The notes below the pieces were generated by a model. It ran no database searches. It saw only the letters and a list, made by a program, of their open reading frames with translations, and was not told the DNA's origin. From contig JAXSMZ010000018.1 of NCBI GenBank assembly GCA_037924335.1, positions 1 through 35,120 of the forward strand: 35,120 bases of DNA. Reading direction: 5' to 3'. Positions 27,356 through 35,120 of the stretch are shown piece by piece. How positions within the stretch are numbered: position 1 is the stretch's first letter; each line of letters opens with the position of its first letter. Origin of the DNA: Aquificaceae bacterium (GTDB taxonomy: Bacteria; Aquificota; Aquificia; Aquificales; Aquificaceae). Both the position numbers and the translations under genes were made by a program.

Positions 27356-27447
27356 TATGGTGGGATAGGGTGTGTTAAAATAGCTATAATTTATATTTTT
27401 GAAACACACTGATATGATGGAAATGTAGTTTTTACTTTCCTGAGATG

Positions 27448-27456
27448 TGCTATATT
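27448..27456 (+). promoter_or_regulatory. Extended -10 promoter of mqnE
   Basis: TGcTATATT, 7 nt before ATG 27464. Confidence 0.6.
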
Positions 27457-27463
27457 AATGAAC

Positions 27464-28573
27464 ATGAACATAGAGCTTCTATTGCAAACAGTTCAAGACA
27501 GGAAGCTCAGGAGGGTTTCTGAGAAGGTCCTTGAGGGCAAAAGGCTCTCCTTTGAGGATGGGGTAGCTCTTTTCTACAGCAACGACCTTACGACCATAGG
27601 AGCCCTTGCGGAGCATGTGAACCGTCAGAAGAACGGCATATTTGCTTACTTTATAGTCAATGCTCAGATAAACCCTACCAACGTGTGTGTTTATCAATGC
27701 AACTTCTGTGCCTTTGGTGTGAAAAGGTCAGACTCAAAGGCTTATGAGATGAATTTGGAAGAGGTGCTGAAAAGGGTAAGAGACGTGTACTTAGAGGGGG
27801 GGAGGGAAGTTCATATAGTGGGCGGTGTGCCACCACATTGGGATGTAAAAAACTACGTGGGGCTTGTAAAGAATATAAAAAAAGCTTTCCCAGATTTGAC
27901 AGTAAAGGCTTGGACTGCCATTGAGATACATCACATGCATAAGGTTTCGGGAAGGTCTTATGAAGATATACTAAAAGAGCTAAAGGATGCTGGGCTTGAT
28001 GCTCTCCCTGGTGGTGGTGGTGAGATCTTCTCAGAGAGGGCAAGGAGCATAATAGCACCTTACAAGGCAAAGGGAGAGGATTACCTTAGAGTTCATAGGA
28101 CAGCTCACAGGCTTGGTATACCAACAAATGCCACAATGCTCTACGGACATGTAGAAACCTACGAGGAGAGGGTGGACCATATGCAAAGGCTAAGAGACCT
28201 TCAAGAGGAGACTGGTGGCTTCCAGGTTTTTATCCCTTTAGCCTACTGGCCAGAGGGAACAAGGCTCGGTGGAAAGAGAACATCCTCTGTGGATGACCTA
28301 AAAACCATAGCCATATCCAGACTCTTTCTGGATAACTTCCATCACATAAAAGCTTACTGGGTAACTTTGGGTGAAAAGGTAGCTCAGATAGCCCTAAACT
28401 TTGGAGCGGATGACATAGATGGAACGATCCAAGAGGAGAGGATAGTCCACTCTGCGGGAACAACGTCAGCTTACAGACAATCAAAAGAAAGGCTCATAAA
28501 GCTCATAGGATATGCTGGAAAAATAGCAGTGGAGAGAGATACATTTTACAGACCCGTGTCTGTACACCCTTAA
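27464..28573 (+). CDS. mqnE: Aminofutalosine synthase (radical SAM)
   Basis: INPTNVCVYQCNFCAF, PGGGGEIF, NATMLYGH, HIKAYW (MqnE-type rather than MqnC SWVTQG), GADDIDGTI.EE.I. Confidence 0.88.
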   Translation: MNIELLLQTVQDRKLRRVSEKVLEGKRLSFEDGVALFYSNDLTTIGALAEHVNRQKNGIFAYFIVNAQINPTNVCVYQCNFCAFGVKRSDSKAYEMNLEEVLKRVRDVYLEGGREVHIVGGVPPHWDVKNYVGLVKNIKKAFPDLTVKAWTAIEIHHMHKVSGRSYEDILKELKDAGLDALPGGGGEIFSERARSIIAPYKAKGEDYLRVHRTAHRLGIPTNATMLYGHVETYEERVDHMQRLRDLQEETGGFQVFIPLAYWPEGTRLGGKRTSSVDDLKTIAISRLFLDNFHHIKAYWVTLGEKVAQIALNFGADDIDGTIQEERIVHSAGTTSAYRQSKERLIKLIGYAGKIAVERDTFYRPVSVHP

Positions 28574-28574
28574 T

Positions 28575-29621
28575 TTACCACACAAGAGGGGCAAAAACAG
28601 CTGTAAGTACAAGGTTTATCAATGTAAGCGGGAGCATAACCTTCCATGCCGTTGATGTTATCTGGTCTATCCTGTAGCGAGGCAATGTCCAGTGAAGCCA
28701 CAGAACGAATAGAAACAGAAGAGAAACCTTTAGGATGAACCACAAAAAGGGAGATAGAGGTCCAAGGAAGAAGAGGGGGTCAAAGAATCCCACAAGGGGT
28801 ATGTTTATAGGAGACCATCCGCCCAAGAAAAGAACAACACCTATAGCACACAGGGAAAGTGTCTCTATGTACCACTCTACAAGCGGGAAAAGGCCAAACT
28901 TCATACCTCCGTACTCTACTGTAAAGCCGGTGACAAGTTCAGCTTCGGCTTCTTGTATATCAAAGGGGATTCTACCAGATTCTGCGAGGAGCGCGAACAT
29001 GTAAACCACAAAGGCTATGGGTTGGAGCCAAACGTACCAAAGCCTCTGGTCTATTTGATTTTGGACTATTTGGTAAGTGGAAAGGCTTTGAGCAAGTATG
29101 AGTGGTCCCATGGCGGCAAAGGTTATTACGACCTCATAAGATACTATAATTCCAGCTTTTCTCATAGAACCAATAAGAGCGTACTTGGAATTGGAAGCCC
29201 AACCGGCCAAAGCTATGGCGTAAACGGCAAGGGAACCAAAGGCAAAGAAGAGAAGAAGACCGACATTAACGTCCGTAAGTATGGGTTTTATCTTCATGCC
29301 GAAGAGTTCAAACTCTGGACCGAAGGGGACAAGGGCGAAGACGAGTGCAGCGGGAACAAGAGCTACAATTATGGCAAGGTTATAAAGGAACTTATTCCCG
29401 TACCTTGGGAATAGGTCTTCTTTGGTAATGAGCTTTATACCATCTGCTATGGGTTGCAAAAGCCCATGCCATCCAACCACCATAGGCCCAGGCCTTCTCT
29501 GTATATGAGCTGCAACCTTCCTCTCAACAAGGGTAAGGTAAGCACCGATCCCCAAAACAATAGCCAATATGACGAGTATCTTTACGACTATGGTTAGCAG
29601 GTTGGTCAAAAGGACATACAT
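28575..29621 (-). CDS. nuoH: Complex I subunit H
   Basis: ERKV.A.IQ.R.GP, QPIADGIKL..KE, SYE, PFD..EAE.ELV.GF..EY, PR.R.DQ. Confidence 0.96.
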   Translation of the reverse strand: MYVLLTNLLTIVVKILVILAIVLGIGAYLTLVERKVAAHIQRRPGPMVVGWHGLLQPIADGIKLITKEDLFPRYGNKFLYNLAIIVALVPAALVFALVPFGPEFELFGMKIKPILTDVNVGLLLFFAFGSLAVYAIALAGWASNSKYALIGSMRKAGIIVSYEVVITFAAMGPLILAQSLSTYQIVQNQIDQRLWYVWLQPIAFVVYMFALLAESGRIPFDIQEAEAELVTGFTVEYGGMKFGLFPLVEWYIETLSLCAIGVVLFLGGWSPINIPLVGFFDPLFFLGPLSPFLWFILKVSLLFLFVLWLHWTLPRYRIDQITSTAWKVMLPLTLINLVLTAVFAPLVW

Positions 29622-29631
29622 AACAACCTCC

Positions 29632-31350
29632 TTACCTGTCTATTTCTCCAACTACAGGGTCAAGGCTTGCAAGTATAGTTACAGCATCGGCTATGACCCT
29701 ATCCTGCATAAGCTTAGGGTATATGCATAGGTTGTAAAGACTTCCCGGTCTTATCTTCACCCTGTAAGGCTTTACGCCACCTGTAGAGTATATGTAAAAG
29801 CCCAACTCTCCCCTTGGGTTCTCTCCAGATGAGTATATCTCGCCTTCTGGTACCTTGAGACCTATGCCATCCAAAGATAGCTTTAACTTCTTTGGGTCTG
29901 GAGATTCGGCAAAGTAAGGGGCACCTTTTGGCATATTCTCAAGGGCTTTTACACACTGTTCTATGACCCTAAGGCTCTGCCTCATCTCTTCCAATCTCAC
30001 TAAGTACCTATCGTACACATCCCCTCTTTCCCCCACTGGAACATCAAACTCCACATAAGGGTAAGCATCGTAAGGCTCAAGCTTCCTAATATCGTAAGGG
30101 ATTCCAGAACCCCTTGCCACTGGTCCTGTGAGCCCATAAAAGTAAACATCCTCCTTGCTTATTATTCCCACGTCGATATTTCTTCTCAGCCATATCCTGT
30201 TCCTTGTGAGTATATCCTCCCAATCTTTTAGCTCCTTTGGAAACCTCTTTATGAAAGCCTTGATGACCTCCAAGGCACCTTCTGGAAGGTCCATTCGGAC
30301 ACCACCAACCCTTGGATACGCTATGGTTAGCCTTGCTCCAGTGATGCCTTCTATGATGTCCATGAGCTTCTCCCTCTCCTTGAAGGTGTACAAGAAGATG
30401 GTAAGTGCACCAAGGTCAAGAGCGTATGTACCAAGCCAAAGAAGGTGAGAGTTTATCCTCTGTAGCTCTGACATCATTGTTCTTATATACTTCGCCTTTT
30501 CTGGAACGAGGTCCTCTATACCCAAGATCCTTTCAACGGCAACAACCCACGCTTGGTTGGAGCATAGAGCGGATATATAATCCATCCTGTCTGTGTACAC
30601 CAGGAACTGATTGTACATCTCGTTCTCTGCGAGCTTTTCCACACCCCTATGAAGCTGTCCAAGGATAACATCACACTGAAAAACCCTCTCCCCCTCAAGG
30701 TCAAAGAGAAACCACATGGTACCATGGGTTCCTGGATGAAGTGGCCCCCAGTTTAGGACTATCTGGGCCCTCTTCTTTAATCTTCTTTTCTCCGTTATCT
30801 CCAAGTCTTCGAGGCTTGGGACGGGCGTATGCATCTTATCATAGTTCATAGTTCCAATAAGCTCATCCCCCCTTAGTACTTCGTTCAGGGATGGGAGGAA
30901 AGCGTTTGCGTAACCTTCAAGGGGAAAGTCCTTTCTGAGGGGATAGTAGGGGTAAGTCTCCCAGAGAAATGCCCTTACTAAGTTTTCATGACCTTCGTAG
31001 ATGATACCAAACATATCGTAGCACTCCCTCTCAGCCCATTTACCAGCAAACCAAAGCCTTTCTATGCTTGGAAGAGTACCATCTGTCCATGTTTTAACAA
31101 CTACCCTCTCTCTTCTGTCCACGTTGTAAAGTATGTAAAAGGACATGAACCTAACGGGCTTGTCTGGAAAGTCTACAACCGAGTGGTCTATAAACAGCTT
31201 AAAACCAAGCTCATCCTTTAAAGCCTTCAAAAGGTCCACAAGCCTATCCTTAGTTATGTGAAGGCTTGTTATATGCGGTTTTACTTCAACCTGCAGACCT
31301 GGGAACCTCTCTTTTAATTCTAAAAAGACCTCTTCTTTAGCCCATGACAT
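29632..31350 (-). CDS. nuoCD: Complex I fused subunit C/D
   Basis: NuoC motif ERECYDMFGI..EGH...PLRKDFPL fused to NuoD motifs GPLHPGTHG, HRGVEK, DRMDY, GEIDR. Confidence 0.95.
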   Translation of the reverse strand: MSWAKEEVFLELKERFPGLQVEVKPHITSLHITKDRLVDLLKALKDELGFKLFIDHSVVDFPDKPVRFMSFYILYNVDRRERVVVKTWTDGTLPSIERLWFAGKWAERECYDMFGIIYEGHENLVRAFLWETYPYYPLRKDFPLEGYANAFLPSLNEVLRGDELIGTMNYDKMHTPVPSLEDLEITEKRRLKKRAQIVLNWGPLHPGTHGTMWFLFDLEGERVFQCDVILGQLHRGVEKLAENEMYNQFLVYTDRMDYISALCSNQAWVVAVERILGIEDLVPEKAKYIRTMMSELQRINSHLLWLGTYALDLGALTIFLYTFKEREKLMDIIEGITGARLTIAYPRVGGVRMDLPEGALEVIKAFIKRFPKELKDWEDILTRNRIWLRRNIDVGIISKEDVYFYGLTGPVARGSGIPYDIRKLEPYDAYPYVEFDVPVGERGDVYDRYLVRLEEMRQSLRVIEQCVKALENMPKGAPYFAESPDPKKLKLSLDGIGLKVPEGEIYSSGENPRGELGFYIYSTGGVKPYRVKIRPGSLYNLCIYPKLMQDRVIADAVTILASLDPVVGEIDR

Positions 31351-31360
31351 GCTTTACTCC

Positions 31361-31732
31361 TCAGAACCTTTCTTCTTCAAACTGCCAGTTGAGGGCGCCC
31401 TTTCTCCAGGCATAAAGGAGCCCATAGGTAAGGATGACCACAAACAGGAACATCTCTACAAAACCAAAAATACCTAGATGTTTGTAGACTATAGTCCATG
31501 GGAAGAGGAAAGCAGCTTCTATATCAAAGAGCAGAAGAAGAAGCCCAAGAAGGTAATAACCTTGATGAAAGGTAGACTGAGCGTTCTGGTCGTACAGTGG
31601 AACACCGCACTCATAAGGATAGTCTTCCATACTCTCTGGAGTTTTTGGTCCAAGAAGAGCGTTCAAGACTATAAAAAGCCCTCCCATTGCAAGCATCACA
31701 CCTAAGAAAACCAAGAGCCCTACGTAATCCAT
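31361..31732 (-). CDS. nuoA: Complex I subunit A
   Basis: PYECG, FDIEAAFLFPW, YAWRKGAL.W. Confidence 0.95.
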   Translation of the reverse strand: MDYVGLLVFLGVMLAMGGLFIVLNALLGPKTPESMEDYPYECGVPLYDQNAQSTFHQGYYLLGLLLLLFDIEAAFLFPWTIVYKHLGIFGFVEMFLFVVILTYGLLYAWRKGALNWQFEEERF

Positions 31733-31735
31733 CCT

Positions 31736-33196
31736 TTACCTCTTGAAAAGAATTTCTACAGAGTGGCTTAAATAATCCCATATTATTATAGGCATCATGC
31801 CCAGCAAGACAAGGGATATGGTTAAAACAAGCAAGACTACCTTTTCTAAAAGGGAGAGCTTTATCTCAAGCTCTGCTTTTTTATCCTTCATAAAGGAAAG
31901 GACCACAAGCCTGATGTAGTACCCTGTTGATATTCCAGTCGCTACTATCATTATAAGAGCCAGCCACCAGAGCTTTTCAAAGGACAGAGCTGTAAACACC
32001 AAAGCCTTCCCAACAAAACCAACCGTTGGGGGTACACCAAGAAGGGAGAACATGAATACCATGAAGGATACTGCCATGTAAGGCAGTGAAAACCTCAAAC
32101 CTTCAAAATCTTCCATTCTATTCTGCCATGTTGGATGTCTCTCCAAAAGGGAAAGGATCAGAAAAGCTCCAGCACCCATTAGAGCATAGGCTATGAGAAA
32201 GTAAACAACGGCTTTTAGTCCTATAGATTTAGCCACAGACATACCAGCCAGTATGTAGCCCGAGTGCGCTATTGAAGAGTAAGCCAAGAGCCTCTTGACA
32301 TCTCTTTGGACAAGGGCTACAAGATTACCATAGAGCATTGTCATTGCAGAGATAAGAGCAACTGTTATTATCCACGCGTAAGAAAAGTGTTCCCCTATTA
32401 GGGGTATTATTCTTACTAAAGGCACAAAGAAGGAGAGCTTACCAACAGATGCCATGTATGCAGTTATAGGCGTTGGAGCACCTTGATAGGCATCTGGGAG
32501 CCAAAAATGGAAAGGAACCGCACCTATCTTTATGGCAAAACCTATAAGGAAGAAAACAAGACCCAATATAAGGAAGTACCTGTTTTCACCCACATGTGTG
32601 AGTATGTACCTAAGGTCAAGAGAGCCAGAGTAAAGGTACATAAAGGATGCACCGTAAGATGCTAAGGCTATACTCAAACCACCCATAATTAGGTACTTGA
32701 AGGCTCCCTCTTTGGAATTGAAATCACCCTTCAAAAGGGCAGTCAGTATATAAAAGGATACGGAAACAGCCTCAAGAGCAACGTATAGCACGATAAGGTT
32801 ATAAGAAGAGCATAGGAACATACTACCGACAAGGGCAAAAGGTAGCACATAATAAAATTCACTGTAAAGGGATGATCTATGTTTGTAGTACCTGTAAGCA
32901 AAAGCCAAAACGAATATAGTCAAGAGTATCATAAAAAACTGCAGCAGAGAAGAGAGTGTGTCTCTCACATAAAGCCCATAAAAAGTACTACCAGAAAGAT
33001 TGAAGTTAAATACTATGTAAAGAAGGGCAAGACCATAGCCAAGCATGCACATCCCTATAGCTATTCTGTGATTTATCCTTCTCTGCAAAAGGTCAAGAGT
33101 AAAAAGTAAAAAACCCGTCAAAAGCACCAACAGTTCAGGCATAACAAGCCATAGGTTTGGAAACTCTATGCTTCCAATAATATCATCAACGCTCAT
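31736..33196 (-). CDS. nuoN: Complex I subunit N
   Basis: PEL, EGAFKY, KIGAVPFHFWLPDAYQGAP, KRLLAYSSIAH, GVPPTVGFVGK, YYIR. Confidence 0.95.
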   Translation of the reverse strand: MSVDDIIGSIEFPNLWLVMPELLVLLTGFLLFTLDLLQRRINHRIAIGMCMLGYGLALLYIVFNFNLSGSTFYGLYVRDTLSSLLQFFMILLTIFVLAFAYRYYKHRSSLYSEFYYVLPFALVGSMFLCSSYNLIVLYVALEAVSVSFYILTALLKGDFNSKEGAFKYLIMGGLSIALASYGASFMYLYSGSLDLRYILTHVGENRYFLILGLVFFLIGFAIKIGAVPFHFWLPDAYQGAPTPITAYMASVGKLSFFVPLVRIIPLIGEHFSYAWIITVALISAMTMLYGNLVALVQRDVKRLLAYSSIAHSGYILAGMSVAKSIGLKAVVYFLIAYALMGAGAFLILSLLERHPTWQNRMEDFEGLRFSLPYMAVSFMVFMFSLLGVPPTVGFVGKALVFTALSFEKLWWLALIMIVATGISTGYYIRLVVLSFMKDKKAELEIKLSLLEKVVLLVLTISLVLLGMMPIIIWDYLSHSVEILFKR

Positions 33197-33203
33197 ACTA
33201 TCC

Positions 33204-34715
33204 TTAGCCTCCTATAACTTTATGCATAACCATGAGAAGGATGTTTCTTATAGAAGAGTCAAAGAGATTAAAGAAGAGAAAGGGAGTAAGACCAACCATG
33301 AGCATGGGTATAACCAAAAGCAGGAAAGCTGTGAGCTTAAACCCTCTGACATCGGTAAAGTGTACCAATCTGCTCTCCTCTTTGGTATCCAGATACAGAA
33401 CCTTCAGAAGGTAAAGTATGTAAACTGCACTGAAGAAAGCACCCACAATAACCATAAAGGCAAGTTGTATAGTATACTCTCTTGCAGAAAGTATAGTCAG
33501 AAACTTTCCCCAGAAAGAGGAACCACCAGGCAGACCCATCGATGAGAAACCAGTTATAGCAGTTATGAGGGCAAATATGGGCATGAATTTTACGCTTCCC
33601 TTCAAAGACTCCATATTAAAGCTGTGCAACCTGTTGTATATAAATCCAGCTATCATAAAGAGAGATGCTGAAGTAAGAGCGTGAGCAAACATCTCTATAA
33701 CGCTTGCTCTAAGACCTTCCATATTCAGAAGGAACATACCTGTGATTACAAAACCCATGTGACTTACAGATGAATAAGCTACAAATCTCTTCACGTTGCT
33801 CTGGCTTATCGTGTACCATGAAGCCACTATTATTGTAAATATTCCCCATAGGACCAAAAAGGGCATAAGCAGAAAGGCTATCTTTGGAAATAAGCCTATG
33901 TTAAATCTAAGAAGGGCATAAGTACCCATCTTTAGCAATATGGCAGCAAGAACGACAGAACCAGCCGTTGGAGCTTCACCATGAGCATCAGGAAGCCATG
34001 TGTGAAAAGGAACTATGGGAGTTTTAACAGCAAAGGCTACAAAGAAAAGGGTAAAGAGAAAAAGACCAAAGGGAAGGCTGTATTCGTTCTTTATAATGTC
34101 CATATAGCTAAAAGAATAGCTTCCAAAAAGTCTGTAATGCTGTGTGGCAACGCTTACTATACCAAGAAGCAAAAAGAGCGAAGACACAAATATGTATACA
34201 AAAAACTTGTAAGCCGAGTAGAGTCTGAGCTTATAGCCCCATATGCCTATGACGAAGAGCATAGGTACCAGTGTAAGCTCATAGAAGGTGTAAAAAACTA
34301 TAAGGTCCCAGCTTGAGAAAACACCTATCAAAAAAGACTCAGTGAGCAAGAAGAATATAAAATACTCTTTTAACCTGTGGCTTATCTGTCTATCTCTTAC
34401 AGACCAAAGAACGGCAACCAAAGATATAAGTGTGGTAAGAAGGTACATAAGCATAGAAAGCCCATCCAATCCCAGAGAGAGTCCAACGCCAAGCTCTTTT
34501 ACTATGCTGTAATGTTCATAAAACTGCACGGCACTAACCTTAGAAAGGTCAAAGAAGAATAAAGAATACAGAGAAAGTAAGAAGGTAAACAAGCTAAAGA
34601 TCGCGGCAATGGTCTTTGAAAATCTCTCATGTAGAAAGAGGATAAGCAGACTTCCTATAATTGGCAACAGCATACTAATGGATATAAGTGGAAAATCTGC
34701 CCTTACAAATTCCAT
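33204..34715 (-). CDS. nuoM: Complex I subunit M (TM12 Glu replaced by Lys)
   Basis: LGLDGLS, FYELTLVPM..IGIWG, KTPIVPFHTWLPDAHGEAPTAGSV.LA..LLKMG.Y, AYSSVSHMG. Confidence 0.93.
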   Translation of the reverse strand: MEFVRADFPLISISMLLPIIGSLLILFLHERFSKTIAAIFSLFTFLLSLYSLFFFDLSKVSAVQFYEHYSIVKELGVGLSLGLDGLSMLMYLLTTLISLVAVLWSVRDRQISHRLKEYFIFFLLTESFLIGVFSSWDLIVFYTFYELTLVPMLFVIGIWGYKLRLYSAYKFFVYIFVSSLFLLLGIVSVATQHYRLFGSYSFSYMDIIKNEYSLPFGLFLFTLFFVAFAVKTPIVPFHTWLPDAHGEAPTAGSVVLAAILLKMGTYALLRFNIGLFPKIAFLLMPFLVLWGIFTIIVASWYTISQSNVKRFVAYSSVSHMGFVITGMFLLNMEGLRASVIEMFAHALTSASLFMIAGFIYNRLHSFNMESLKGSVKFMPIFALITAITGFSSMGLPGGSSFWGKFLTILSAREYTIQLAFMVIVGAFFSAVYILYLLKVLYLDTKEESRLVHFTDVRGFKLTAFLLLVIPMLMVGLTPFLFFNLFDSSIRNILLMVMHKVIGG

Positions 34716-34718
34716 CTT

Positions 34719-35120
34719 TCACCTCAGAGCATAAGTTATAACACCAAGGATAAAGACTATGCCTATCAAAAGGAACAGAATGTAATTGTTTAGGAGTCCA
34801 GTCTGTACACTCCTTGCATACCTACCAGTTTTGAAGGCAATTTTTGCTACGCCGTTTACAAAAAGGTCAACTACCATAACATCTAACTTCATCCAAAGAA
34901 ATTTAACAACCTTGAGATAAATCAAGCTCATCAAGTTTATAAAACCATCTATGGTAAACCTATCACCCAAAATATAGAACCACCTTGATGCTTTCATATA
35001 CCCCCAAGCTATCACCTTGTGGTAGAATCTTTCTGTGAAGAACTGCTCTCTGAAGAGAACAACCTCAAGCCTTATCTCTCCTCTGCCAAAGAGAAGGTAA
35101 GCCAAGCCTATTCCAAAAAA
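34719..35120 (-). CDS. nuoL: Complex I subunit L, C-terminal part (truncated by window end)
   Basis: The frame is open to the window edge. Amphipathic helix with D...IDG..N / D....D..VNG, then R.VQTG...NY and a final TM helix, directly upstream of nuoM. Confidence 0.88.
   Translation of the reverse strand, partial: FFGIGLAYLLFGRGEIRLEVVLFREQFFTERFYHKVIAWGYMKASRWFYILGDRFTIDGFINLMSLIYLKVVKFLWMKLDVMVVDLFVNGVAKIAFKTGRYARSVQTGLLNNYILFLLIGIVFILGVITYALR

Noticed and set aside
28735..34562. Many + strand ORFs opposite the nuo genes, and similar antisense ORFs across the window
   Set aside because: Shadow ORFs of well-supported genes, with biased composition and no motifs.

Overview
Gene-dense chromosomal window from a thermophilic Aquificaceae bacterium, probably Hydrogenobacter/Thermocrinis-like. 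This is inferred from an Aquifex-type CC-adding enzyme, a WaaA without an N-terminal anchor, BpsA, a type II dehydroquinate synthase and MqnE. Most of it is housekeeping: dcd, tRNA-Leu, nnr, CC-adding enzyme, polyprenyl synthase, nth, rsmA, bpsA, tRNA-Glu, gyrB, usp, rsmI, rel, waaA, secD, ribE, pyrK, gnd-zwf-pgl, murE, aroB', mqnE and the end of a nuo operon. Four things stand out. (1) A ~290-bp mini-element at ~146-441 has IS607-like ends, its own promoter-like sequence and a doubly deleted tnpB fragment. It can fold into five consecutive hairpins, making it a candidate orphan omegaRNA/guide cassette. (2) An unusual complex I has permuted order L-M-N-A-CD-H with no adjacent nuoB, a NuoL lateral helix lengthened by about 27 aa, and Lys in place of the conserved TM12 Glu of NuoM. 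(3) A 310-bp waaA-secD spacer is bounded by a duplicated promoter sequence and contains a perfect DnaA box. (4) A subtilase carries a GGGGGC-TM-RRR sorting signal and is coupled to a lytic transglycosylase. No CRISPR array, rRNA or intact transposase was seen. All calls come from reading the sequence by eye, with no database searches.
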